Shown: in pieces, positions 52,724-61,305 of the stretch
Numbering within the stretch: the stretch's first letter is position 1
How the letters are laid out: each line of letters begins with the position of its first letter
Assembly: GCA_017999615.1 (NCBI GenBank)
Contig: JAGNLM010000001.1
Coordinates: 614,739 to 678,738, forward strand
DNA: 64,000 nt
Origin: Gammaproteobacteria bacterium
GTDB lineage: Bacteria; Pseudomonadota; Gammaproteobacteria; JAABTG01
Direction: 5' to 3'
Position numbers and translations under genes: made by a program
The notes under the pieces: model-generated
What the model saw: the letters and a program-made list of their open reading frames with translations, nothing else
What the model was told of the DNA's origin: nothing
The model's database searches: none

Positions 52724-54966
52724 GCCGGCGTGTCCTCCGCCATCACGGTCACGAAATTCGCACGCATGCCCGTGCCGCCCATCAGCGGGTCGACCTTCAC
52801 CCGCGTCATCAGGCCCGTGTCGTCAGCCCCGGCCCCGCGGGCGAGGTTGAGCCCGGGCGCGGTGTGGCCGAAGCCGTGGGCGAGGTACACGCAGTCGGGG
52901 CGGATCCGCTCGGTGACGCGCACGCGCACCGGCAGGCTCACCGCGCCGTCCTGGTTCTTCAGGCGCACCCGTTGCCCGCTCGCGAGGCCGCGCGGACGGG
53001 CGGCGTCCGGGTGCACCCACAGGGTGTTCTCCGGCATCAACTGGAAGAGCAGCGGGTTGTTGCCGGTGCGCCCGAAGGTGTGGGCGGGCGCGCGGCCGTA
53101 GACGAGGCGCAGGAAGCCAGCGGGCGTCTCCTCGGGCGGGGTGTAGCGGGGCAGGGGGTCGAGCCCGGCCTTCGCGAGCTCCGTGGAATGGAGCTCGATC
53201 TTGCCCGTCGGTGTCCGGAAGCGCACCGCCTGTCCCGGCGTGAAGTACGCTGCGGTCTTGCGCGGGAAGCGCTTGAGCCCCACGCGCTGCATCTCCGCGA
53301 GGGAACTGCCGACCTGCTGCAACTGCCAGTCCAGCACCTCCGCGTAGTCTTGCCACGGGAACCAGGCGCCGAGCCCCAGGCGGTGGCCCAGCTCGCGCGC
53401 GATCCACCAGGCCGGCTTCGTCTCGTAGCGGGGGGCTAGCGCAGGCATGCGCAGGGCGAGGGAGGGCTCGCGCTCGGGGGCGTTGCGCAGCTCGTCGTAG
53501 CGCTCCAGGTAGGTGCACTCGGGCAGGACGACGTCCGCGTACCCCGTCACCTCGGCGGGCTGCACGTCCACGACGACGAAGAGGTCCAGTTTCTGCGAGG
53601 CCTCCTCGAGCTTGCCGGTGACCGCGGGGATGCTGAGTGGAAGGTTCGTGCCGTAGACGATCCAGCCCCGATAGTAAGGCCGCTCACCCACCGAGGCGTC
53701 GATGACGGCGTTGGTGACGTCGGCGTCGGCGAACGGGAACCCCCCGCGCCGGGCCTGGAGGTCCGCCGCCTTCGACTTGGGGTAGGGCGGCGTCGGGTAT
53801 TCCGGCAGGCTCACCTTCTCCGGCGCGTAGAAGCCGCCCGGCCGGCCCCAGGACCCGAGAAGCGCGTTCAGGATGGCGATGGCCCGGCTGCGCTGGGTGT
53901 CGTCCCCGTACCACGTGACGTGGCGGCCCGGGTGCACCAGGGTCGCGGGGGCGTGCCGCGCCATCTCGCGGGCGGTCTCGCGGATCACCTGCGGGTCGAT
54001 GCCCGTCTCGAGCCAGGCCCACTCGGGGGTGAACGGCTCGACGTGCCGGGTCAGCTCGGCGAGGCCGTGGCAGTAGCGCTGGACGTAGTCGCGGTCGTAG
54101 AGCCCCTCGCCCACGATGACGTGCGTCCAGGCGAGCAGGAGCGCCAGATCGGTGCCCGGGCGGATCGGCAGCCAGTACCGGGACTTCGCGGCGGCGACCG
54201 AGAACCTCGGGTCGACCGTGATGACGCTGGCACCGGCCTCGATCGCCCCGATGAAGTCCTGCACCTGCCCGTTGTGCAGGTTCTCCCCGAGGTGCGAGCC
54301 GATCAGCACGATGCAGCGCGAGCGTGCCATGTCGGTGCGCTCGGGGGAGCCGAGCAGCTCCCCGAAGGTCAGCCGGAAGCCGACGTCGCGCGGACCCCGA
54401 CACTGGGCGAAGGAGGGCGCGGCGTAGGTGTCCGCGCCATAGGCCCGCAGCAGGTGTCGGAAGAAGGCCCCGCCGGAGCCGTGGCTGAAGAGCGCGACCC
54501 GCTCGGGGCCGTGCTCCCTCGCGATCCGCTGCAGGCGCTCGGCGATGTAACCGAGCGCTTCGTCCCAGGAGACGGGCCGGAAGCGCTGCTGCCCGGGCTT
54601 CCCTTCGCGCAGCAGCGGCTGGCGCAGCCGGCTCGGGTCGTCCCAAGCCCCCGGTCCGGCGGTGCCCCGGGTACACAAGCGCCCGCCCGAGTGCGGGTCG
54701 TCCGGGTGGCCGCTGACCTTCCAGGGCCGCCCGTCGTGCACGTGGGCGTAGCCCGCGCACCTCCAGAAGCACACCTCGCAGACGGTCGGGGTGACCACCG
54801 CCTCCGAGTCCCGGGGCACGCGGGGCTCGACCCCGCAGCCGGGGAGCGCCCCCGTGGCGGCACCGAGTCCGGCGGCGCCGGATATCCGGATGAAGTCACG
54901 CCGTTTCAAGTTCTTCGGGCTCTCGAAAAAGGTCGGAGATCGATGGGGTGCCCCGCAAGGGGACAC
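52720..54966 (-). CDS. Tat-exported molybdopterin (Mo-bisPGD) oxidoreductase catalytic subunit, Psr/Phs/Sre-like
   Basis: Twin-arginine signal KRRDFIRISGAAGLGAATG; N-terminal FeS-binding CEVCFWRCAGY....C...; 748 aa, the size of polysulfide/thiosulfate reductase A subunits. Confidence 0.8.
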   Translation of the reverse strand: MSPCGAPHRSPTFFESPKNLKRRDFIRISGAAGLGAATGALPGCGVEPRVPRDSEAVVTPTVCEVCFWRCAGYAHVHDGRPWKVSGHPDDPHSGGRLCTRGTAGPGAWDDPSRLRQPLLREGKPGQQRFRPVSWDEALGYIAERLQRIAREHGPERVALFSHGSGGAFFRHLLRAYGADTYAAPSFAQCRGPRDVGFRLTFGELLGSPERTDMARSRCIVLIGSHLGENLHNGQVQDFIGAIEAGASVITVDPRFSVAAAKSRYWLPIRPGTDLALLLAWTHVIVGEGLYDRDYVQRYCHGLAELTRHVEPFTPEWAWLETGIDPQVIRETAREMARHAPATLVHPGRHVTWYGDDTQRSRAIAILNALLGSWGRPGGFYAPEKVSLPEYPTPPYPKSKAADLQARRGGFPFADADVTNAVIDASVGERPYYRGWIVYGTNLPLSIPAVTGKLEEASQKLDLFVVVDVQPAEVTGYADVVLPECTYLERYDELRNAPEREPSLALRMPALAPRYETKPAWWIARELGHRLGLGAWFPWQDYAEVLDWQLQQVGSSLAEMQRVGLKRFPRKTAAYFTPGQAVRFRTPTGKIELHSTELAKAGLDPLPRYTPPEETPAGFLRLVYGRAPAHTFGRTGNNPLLFQLMPENTLWVHPDAARPRGLASGQRVRLKNQDGAVSLPVRVRVTERIRPDCVYLAHGFGHTAPGLNLARGAGADDTGLMTRVKVDPLMGGTGMRANFVTVMAEDTPA

Positions 54967-55006
54967 CCCAAGTGTTGCACATCTTCGCCAGTCCGTCGCT
55001 CGCCCC

Positions 55007-56308
55007 TCACTCGAAGACGTAGCTGCCGTCGCCCTTGATGGTGAGCGCGTCGTTCAGGAAGCGCACCTGGTCGTAGCCGAGCTTCTTCAGGAACTGGTAC
55101 GCCATCTCGGAGCGGGATCCGTTGGTGCAATAGGCGACGATGGGACGGTCCTTCGGCAGCGACGAGGGATCCGCCTGCAGCTTGTCGAGGGGCAGGTGCG
55201 TCGAGCCCTTCAGCACACCCATCGCGGCCTCCTTGGCGTCGCGCACGTCCAGCAGCAGCGCGTTGCCGGGCGCGGCGACCACTTTCGCGAACTCCTCGGT
55301 CGACAGCGAGCCTTCCTTCGGCTTCTTCGTGTAGGCGATCTGGGTCGGGGCTTCGCCGGTGACCGTCGGCCGGCCCTCCTTCACCCACGCCTGGTAGCCG
55401 CCCCCGAGGATCGTGGCGTTCTTGTAGCGGTACTTCTTCAGCTCCGCGAACGCGGTGAGGACGTCCTCGCCGTTGTCCGTGTTGCCATAGACCACGATGG
55501 GCGCCCCCATGTCGGCCACGCCCGGGAGCCTCGCCGGTGCCTTCTCGGCGATGAATTTCTGGGTCATCGCGGGGAACGCCGCGGACTCGATCGACACCGC
55601 CCCCGGCAGGTGCCCTGCGGCCACCTCCGCCTTCGGGCGCACGTCGATGACGACGTGATGCGGGTCGAGGTGGGCCGCGACCCACTCGGGTACCGAGGTC
55701 ACCGGCTTGCCGGCCTTCTTCCACGCGGGAATGCCGGCCTGGAAGCCCTTCAGGTTGGTGTGGCCGGCCTTGGTGGCGATCTCGATGGAGCTGCCCGTGT
55801 AGGGACAGGTGGGACCACCACAATAGAAGATGACCATCGTGCCCTTGTCGGTGGGCAGCTTGTCCAGGTTGTTCGGCAGGTCCTTCCAGAAGATCTGGAT
55901 GGCGCCCGGGATGTGCCCTTCGAGGTACGGTCCCTTCGGGCGGGCGTCGACTAGCAGGAACGGGTCCTTGCCGGCGCGGATCCGCTCGAGCTCCTCCATG
56001 CTGATCTCGGCCCCGGGCGGAAGGGCGAACACCACCTTGGTGATCCGGGTGGCCGGCTGACCGGGCGTGTGCTCGACCTTGATCAGGTCCGGGGTGCCGA
56101 GCTCCTTGATGCCCGCCGCGTTGACGAACTCGGTCTGCGGACCGAAGAGCACGACCTGGGACTTTCCGCTCACCTCGACCTGGATGGTGTTGGCCTTGTT
56201 CGAGATGTCTTCGATGCGGCCCTCCACGGTGTCGGCCCGGGCGGTCGGGACCAGGGCGAGCAGGGCGGCGAGCAGGGCGGAGAGGGGCGTCGGGCGCGGG
56301 ATCGACAT
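55007..56308 (-). CDS. periplasmic multi-rhodanese protein (three rhodanese domains, the middle one Cys-less)
   Basis: Signal peptide; rhodanese 1 active loop FYCGGPTCPY, rhodanese 2 with YGNTDNGED replacing the Cys loop, rhodanese 3 YCTNGSRSEMAY; unknown N-terminal domain of about 110 aa. Confidence 0.75.
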   Translation of the reverse strand: MSIPRPTPLSALLAALLALVPTARADTVEGRIEDISNKANTIQVEVSGKSQVVLFGPQTEFVNAAGIKELGTPDLIKVEHTPGQPATRITKVVFALPPGAEISMEELERIRAGKDPFLLVDARPKGPYLEGHIPGAIQIFWKDLPNNLDKLPTDKGTMVIFYCGGPTCPYTGSSIEIATKAGHTNLKGFQAGIPAWKKAGKPVTSVPEWVAAHLDPHHVVIDVRPKAEVAAGHLPGAVSIESAAFPAMTQKFIAEKAPARLPGVADMGAPIVVYGNTDNGEDVLTAFAELKKYRYKNATILGGGYQAWVKEGRPTVTGEAPTQIAYTKKPKEGSLSTEEFAKVVAAPGNALLLDVRDAKEAAMGVLKGSTHLPLDKLQADPSSLPKDRPIVAYCTNGSRSEMAYQFLKKLGYDQVRFLNDALTIKGDGSYVFE

Positions 56309-56463
56309 GAGCGGATACCTCGCAGGTGGCTGAGTTCCCGGTGGGGCACGCTGCGCGGGGCAACACCACCAACCCGGGGGGCCCGAAGGCCCCCCTGAGT
56401 ATAGGCCCTGACGACGACCGTCCGCGATGAGTATCTGGTTGTTTTAACTAAGATTAATATCGT

Positions 56464-57768
56464 TCACTCGAGGACGTAGCTGCCATCGCCCTTGATCACC
56501 AGTGACTCGTTCAGGAAGCGGACCTTCTCGAAGCCGTTCTTCTTCAGGAAGTCGTACGCCATCTCCGAGCGAATGCCGTTGCTGCAGTAGGTGATGACGG
56601 GCTTGTCCTTCGCCAGGACGGACGGGTCGGCCTGAAGGCGGTCGATGGGGATGTGCAGCGCTCCCGGCAATTTGCCGCCTGCCACCTCCTTGTCCTCGCG
56701 CACGTCCACCAGGATCGTGTCGCCCCGGTTCTCGACCAGCTTCGCGAACTCGTCCCGGGACACCGCGCCGGGCTTCAGCTTCTTCACGTAGCTGATCTGC
56801 GTCGTGGCCGCCCCCGCCTCGATCGGCAGGCCCTGCTTCACCCATTCGGGGTAACCCCCCTTCAGGATGGCGGCGTTCTTGTACTGGTACTTCTTCAGCT
56901 CCCCGTAGGCCGTGAGCACGTCCTGCCCGTTCTCGGTGTCCCCGTACACGACGATGGGAGCCGCCATGTCGGCGACACCCGGCAACCGGGCCACCTGCTT
57001 CTCGGCGACGAACTTCTGGGTCATCGCAGGGAACTCCGCAGCCTCCATCGCCACGGCCCCTTTGACATGACCTTTGGCCGATTCGGCCTTCGCGCGCACG
57101 TCGATCACCACGGTGTTCGGGCCGAGACCGGCGGCGACCCACGAGGGGCTGGCGACGACCGGCTTGCCGGCCTTCTTCCAGGCGGGAATTCCGGCCTGGA
57201 AACCCTTCAGGTTCGTGTGGCCGGCCTTGGCCGCGATCTCGATGGACTGCCCCGTGTACGGGCAGGTCGGGCCGCCGCAGTAGAAGATGAGCATCACCCC
57301 CTTGTCGGCCGGCAGCTCGTTCAGGCGGTTCGGCAAGTCCTTCGGGAAGATGTTGATGCTGCCCGGCAGGTGCCCCGTGACATATTGCTTCTCGGGACGG
57401 GCGTCCACGAGGACGAAGGGTTCCTTGCCCGCGCGAATCGCCTCGAGCTCCTGCAGGCTCACCTCCGCTCCGGGTGGCAGGCCGAAGACCACCTTGGTGA
57501 TCCTGGTCGCGGGCTTGCCGGGGGCGTACTCGACCTCGATCAGGTCCGGCGAGCCGAGGTCCTTCACGCTGGCCGCGTTCACGTACTGCGTCTCCGGTCC
57601 GAAGAGAACCGTGACCGGCGGCTGGCCTTCGGGGGTCAGCTTGATGGTGGACCCCTTGTTGGAGATGTCGTCGATGCGGCCCTTGACGGTGTCCGCACCA
57701 GCGCCGGCCGACAGCGCGAGGCCGCCGGTCAAGACGAGGACGAGGCAGGTGATTCGCCTGTGGGACAT
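56464..57768 (-). CDS. paralog of the multi-rhodanese protein (tandem duplicate, about 70% identical by eye)
   Basis: Same architecture: FYCGGPTCPY, YGDTENGQD, YCSNGIRSEMAY; collinear with the downstream copy. Confidence 0.75.
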   Translation of the reverse strand: MSHRRITCLVLVLTGGLALSAGAGADTVKGRIDDISNKGSTIKLTPEGQPPVTVLFGPETQYVNAASVKDLGSPDLIEVEYAPGKPATRITKVVFGLPPGAEVSLQELEAIRAGKEPFVLVDARPEKQYVTGHLPGSINIFPKDLPNRLNELPADKGVMLIFYCGGPTCPYTGQSIEIAAKAGHTNLKGFQAGIPAWKKAGKPVVASPSWVAAGLGPNTVVIDVRAKAESAKGHVKGAVAMEAAEFPAMTQKFVAEKQVARLPGVADMAAPIVVYGDTENGQDVLTAYGELKKYQYKNAAILKGGYPEWVKQGLPIEAGAATTQISYVKKLKPGAVSRDEFAKLVENRGDTILVDVREDKEVAGGKLPGALHIPIDRLQADPSVLAKDKPVITYCSNGIRSEMAYDFLKKNGFEKVRFLNESLVIKGDGSYVLE

Positions 57769-57858
57769 GCTCCTATCCTCCTCTGGTTCTGCGTTTGCCT
57801 ATGGGATATTGCCTCCCTAACTATGACCCAAGTGTATTGCCTATGTAAATTTCGTTCG

Positions 57859-59835
57859 CTAGGGGAGGAGGCAGTTTGCGGTGGGGTCGGTCGGCGTGGG
57901 TGGGCAGACGAAGGCGAGCACCCCGCCGTCAGGTCGGACCTCGATGCGCAGGTCCTGCAGGCGAGAGAGCACGTCCATCCCGAGCACCGGCTTCCAGTGG
58001 CTGTCCGCGGAGGCACAGGCGAGCGCCCGCACGCCGGGCAACACGCAGGAACCGATGCGCAGTCCTTCGAGGAGGTAGTGCCTTGCCTCGGCGCCACCAC
58101 CGTGGATGAGCTCCACGTTCACTTCCCCGAGGGGCAGCGCCCGGTTGCGCCCGCACATGCGCTGCAGGTGCGGGTGGGGGAGCACGGTGACGGCCGAGCC
58201 GGTGTCGAGCAGCAACGAGAGGTCCGGGTCCTGCACGCAGCCCACGAGCCGGACCGGGACGTGCAGCAGTCCCTCGCGCAGGGTGAGGGGCACGCGCTCG
58301 GGACCGTTGCGCTCGGCAGGGGCCTCGCCGGGCGGGGGAGCGGCCGACGGAGCGGACGGGGGAGCGGACGGGGGAGCGGACGGGGTAGCGGGCGGGGGAG
58401 CGGGCGGCGTGCCGTGGCAGCTCCCGCAGGCCCGCGCCGGCCCCACCGTGTGCGGGCTGATGGGCACGAGCTCGCGCCACGACCGCACCGCCGCGGGCCC
58501 GCCAGCGGGAGGCGGGAACTCCGCGCTCATGGCCATGCCGGGGACGAAGGGTGCGATGCGCCCGTCGGGTCGCTCCCCGAGGTTCGGCACGACGGGCTGC
58601 ATCTTCCCGCGGTCCGCGAGCCAGCGCCCGGGGGTCAGCCGGCGCTCGTGATGGTCCCACTGCTCGGCGCCCGGCTCGAAGCGCACGTGGCAGCCCTCGC
58701 ACTGGGGCGCCCACTGGCTGTGGCAGGCCTCGCAGGTGAGGCGAGCGTGCTCGCGCGCGTATGGGTGGGCGGGCATCCGCGCCTTTCCGCCCTCGCGGTG
58801 GCAGTCCTCGCAGACGGGACCGGCCTTCCCCGCCAGGCCCATCACCTGGGTCCCGCGGTGACAGTCGACGCAGCGCATTCCCGCCCGGTGGTGGGCGTCG
58901 CCCGGGACGCGCTCCACCAGTCGGCCGTCGGGGAGCCGCCCCAGGCGTGACCGGTCCACCCGTGCGAGCGCGGACTCGTCCACCTCGGCGAGGCCGGAGT
59001 AGGCGAGGGCCATGCGCGTGGCGCGGGAGTGACAGCCGAAGCAGCGCTCGTCCCGCACCCGGGCGGAGAGCTCGGCGTGCGCACCCGCGGGGTAGTCGTT
59101 CAGGTGGCAGGCGAGGCACCCGCCCCCGCGGTCGCGCACCGGGTCGAGCGCGTGCCGGGCCTTGGGGTGCGCGATGTGGCAACTCGCGCAGAGCTTGCGA
59201 AAGAGCGAGTCGGCCGGTGACTGGCCGAGGCTGGCGACGCCCGCGGCCGCCGCCGGGGCGGACTTCCGATCGCCTGCGGGGGCCTCGCCAAAGGCCTGCC
59301 GGTTGCCCGTCACCATCCCGCGCAGGGTCGCCATGGGACTCGCGCGCACACCGGCCAGCTCTGCCGGGTGACAGCGCCCGCAGGTCCGCTCCGCGTTCTC
59401 CAGGTTCCCCGGGAAGGCGACGAGCCCGGCGTGCGCGAGCTCCCGTGTCGCGGCCGCGGCGTCGCCGGCGTGGCAGGCGGTGCAGTCTCCCGCAGCGAAG
59501 GCATGTCCCGCCGGGTGGCCCTGGTCGCGGACGGGGTGGCAGCCGAGGCATCCGGGGACGGCGGCTGCGGCCACCGCTTCGAGGCCGAGAAGGGCCGTGA
59601 GGGGCAGGGCGGTGAGGGCCAGGGGCGTCAGCACGAGGGGCGCCAGGGTGAGGAGCGCGAGGGCCAGGAGCGGCGCGCGCACGCTCCCGCCGGCGCGGCG
59701 GTCCGACCGGCCCGGGCTCCCCGCAAGCGGGGCCACGAATGGAGCCGCGCTTCGCCTCCCCGCAGATTTGCGCCAGATCAAGTGGCCTGCATCTTGGTCA
59801 AGGACCTGGTGGACGCACTCCGGTTCGTCACTCAT
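57859..59835 (-). CDS. undecaheme c-type cytochrome fused to a C-terminal retropepsin-like (clan AA) aspartic protease domain
   Basis: 11 CxxCH motifs; Pro/Ser/Ala linker PPAPPPATPSAPPSAPPSAPSAAPPP; C-terminal domain with LLLDTGSAV and VLGMDVL retropepsin signatures; hydrophobic low-complexity N-terminus. Alternative in-frame GTG start at 59682. Confidence 0.65.
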   Translation of the reverse strand: MSDEPECVHQVLDQDAGHLIWRKSAGRRSAAPFVAPLAGSPGRSDRRAGGSVRAPLLALALLTLAPLVLTPLALTALPLTALLGLEAVAAAAVPGCLGCHPVRDQGHPAGHAFAAGDCTACHAGDAAAATRELAHAGLVAFPGNLENAERTCGRCHPAELAGVRASPMATLRGMVTGNRQAFGEAPAGDRKSAPAAAAGVASLGQSPADSLFRKLCASCHIAHPKARHALDPVRDRGGGCLACHLNDYPAGAHAELSARVRDERCFGCHSRATRMALAYSGLAEVDESALARVDRSRLGRLPDGRLVERVPGDAHHRAGMRCVDCHRGTQVMGLAGKAGPVCEDCHREGGKARMPAHPYAREHARLTCEACHSQWAPQCEGCHVRFEPGAEQWDHHERRLTPGRWLADRGKMQPVVPNLGERPDGRIAPFVPGMAMSAEFPPPAGGPAAVRSWRELVPISPHTVGPARACGSCHGTPPAPPPATPSAPPSAPPSAPSAAPPPGEAPAERNGPERVPLTLREGLLHVPVRLVGCVQDPDLSLLLDTGSAVTVLPHPHLQRMCGRNRALPLGEVNVELIHGGGAEARHYLLEGLRIGSCVLPGVRALACASADSHWKPVLGMDVLSRLQDLRIEVRPDGGVLAFVCPPTPTDPTANCLLP

Positions 59836-59881
59836 GATTCCCTCACCGTCTTTGGGGTGATTTTCTTCAACAATAACCTGG

Positions 59882-61195
59882 ATGAATCGGATGGAGGTCG
59901 TCGTGCGCAGCCGCTCACTCGTCCTGACCCTCGCTCTCGTGCTGATCGGAGGTTTCCCGGCGCATTCGGCGTACGCCGCCCGTACGACGGCGGACGACGA
60001 GGCCGAAGAGCCGTTCCAGGGAAGGACCGTTCAGTATTATCGCCCGGAAGCTTGCAAGAAGTGCCACGAGGAAATCTACAACCAGTGGAAGTCCTCGATG
60101 CACGCGAAGAGCACGGCGCTGAAGGACCCCATCCACGAGGCGATGTACCAGATGGAGGTCGGCTCGCCGACGGAGGAGGGCGTCAAGCACAAGAAGTCTC
60201 AGACCTATCCGGTCTGCCTGCAGTGCCACGCGCCGGTCGCGGCGATGGAGAAGAAGACCAAGCTTGACGAGAAAGAGGCCTACAGCAACGGCGTCGGGTG
60301 CGTGGTGTGCCACTCCTTCGCCCACTTCAAGGGCATCAAGAAGCCGGACGGCAAGTACCAGCTCGGCCAGCTGGCCTATCAGGTCGACACCGAGCAGCTC
60401 TACGGGCCCTCCGGCATCTCCTACACCAAGAAGCGGGTGCCCAAAGGGTCTACGTGGCCGATTCCGGTCAACCACCCCCAGCCCATCAAGGGCAGCAAGG
60501 CGTCGCTCTTCAAGAGCAACGACCTCTGCATGGGATGCCACGACCAGCGCAACAACCCGAAGGAAGTGCCCCTCTGCATGACCGGCCCCGAGTACGAGAA
60601 GGGCAAGGCCTTCATCAACTGCCAGGCCTGCCACATGGCGCCGACCGAGGTGGTGAACAAGGACGGCGAGAAGGTCAAGGTGTTCGACCACACCATGGCC
60701 GGTGGGCACCACGACAAGATGATCACCCAGGGTGTCGCGTTGAGCATGGACGTGAAGCGCGAGGGGGACAATTTCAAGGTCGACATCACGCTGCGTAACC
60801 GCCTGCCGCACGCCTACCCGACCGGCGCGCCGTTCCGCAACGCCATCGTGCGGGTGGCCGCGTACGACAAGGACGGGAAGCTGCTGTGGCAGAACTACGA
60901 GAAGCACCCCTCCAAGGACGACCCCAAGGCCTTCCTCCTCCTCGCCCTCGGCAAGGACGGCAAGCCGGTGATGCCACCCGAGGCCACCGAGATCCTGAAC
61001 GACTCGCGCCTGCAGCCGGACGAGACCCGCGCGCTCGAGTACAGCTTCACCGCCGCGGGCGTCGGCATCGTGCGCACCGAGCTGCTCTACCACCTGCTGA
61101 CGCCGCCGGTGCTCGAGATGTTCGGGGACAAGCTGCCGGAAGAAGTGAAGAAGGCAAGGGTCGCGGCCTCGGCCGAGGAACGCTTCGAAAGCTGA
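59882..61195 (+). CDS. periplasmic pentaheme c-type cytochrome (NrfA/ONR/MccA-superfamily-like)
   Basis: Signal peptide ...AHSAYA; five CxxCH motifs (CKKCH, CLQCH, CVVCH, CMGCH, CQACH); N-terminal CKKCHEEIYNQWKSSMH and CQACHMAP resemble motifs of multiheme reductases. Confidence 0.7.
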   Translation: MNRMEVVVRSRSLVLTLALVLIGGFPAHSAYAARTTADDEAEEPFQGRTVQYYRPEACKKCHEEIYNQWKSSMHAKSTALKDPIHEAMYQMEVGSPTEEGVKHKKSQTYPVCLQCHAPVAAMEKKTKLDEKEAYSNGVGCVVCHSFAHFKGIKKPDGKYQLGQLAYQVDTEQLYGPSGISYTKKRVPKGSTWPIPVNHPQPIKGSKASLFKSNDLCMGCHDQRNNPKEVPLCMTGPEYEKGKAFINCQACHMAPTEVVNKDGEKVKVFDHTMAGGHHDKMITQGVALSMDVKREGDNFKVDITLRNRLPHAYPTGAPFRNAIVRVAAYDKDGKLLWQNYEKHPSKDDPKAFLLLALGKDGKPVMPPEATEILNDSRLQPDETRALEYSFTAAGVGIVRTELLYHLLTPPVLEMFGDKLPEEVKKARVAASAEERFES

Positions 61196-61305
61196 GGACC
61201 CCGGCGGCGAAACGCGGTTCCCGGGGCGGGCGGGGCGCCAGCACGCCCGCCCCGTGAGAGGCCGCAGCGGTCGGTCGAGCCCCACGGTATCGGTGGTCAG
61301 GAGGA

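Noticed and set aside
52720-54966. Alternative identification as SoeA of the cytoplasmic sulfite-oxidising SoeABC
   Set aside because: The catalytic subunit has a clear twin-arginine signal (KRRDFIRISGAAGLGAATG) and the neighbours are periplasmic, whereas SoeA lacks a Tat signal and faces the cytoplasm.
56376-56396. Perfect hairpin GGGGGGCC-cgaa-GGCCCCCC between the rhodanese paralogs as a rho-independent terminator
   Set aside because: No U-tract on either strand flanks the stem. It is mentioned only as a structural element.
61224-61255. GC hairpin GGGGCGGGCG...CGCCCGCCCC after the pentahaem cytochrome gene as a terminator
   Set aside because: No T-run follows it, and the downstream tetrahaem gene is likely co-transcribed.
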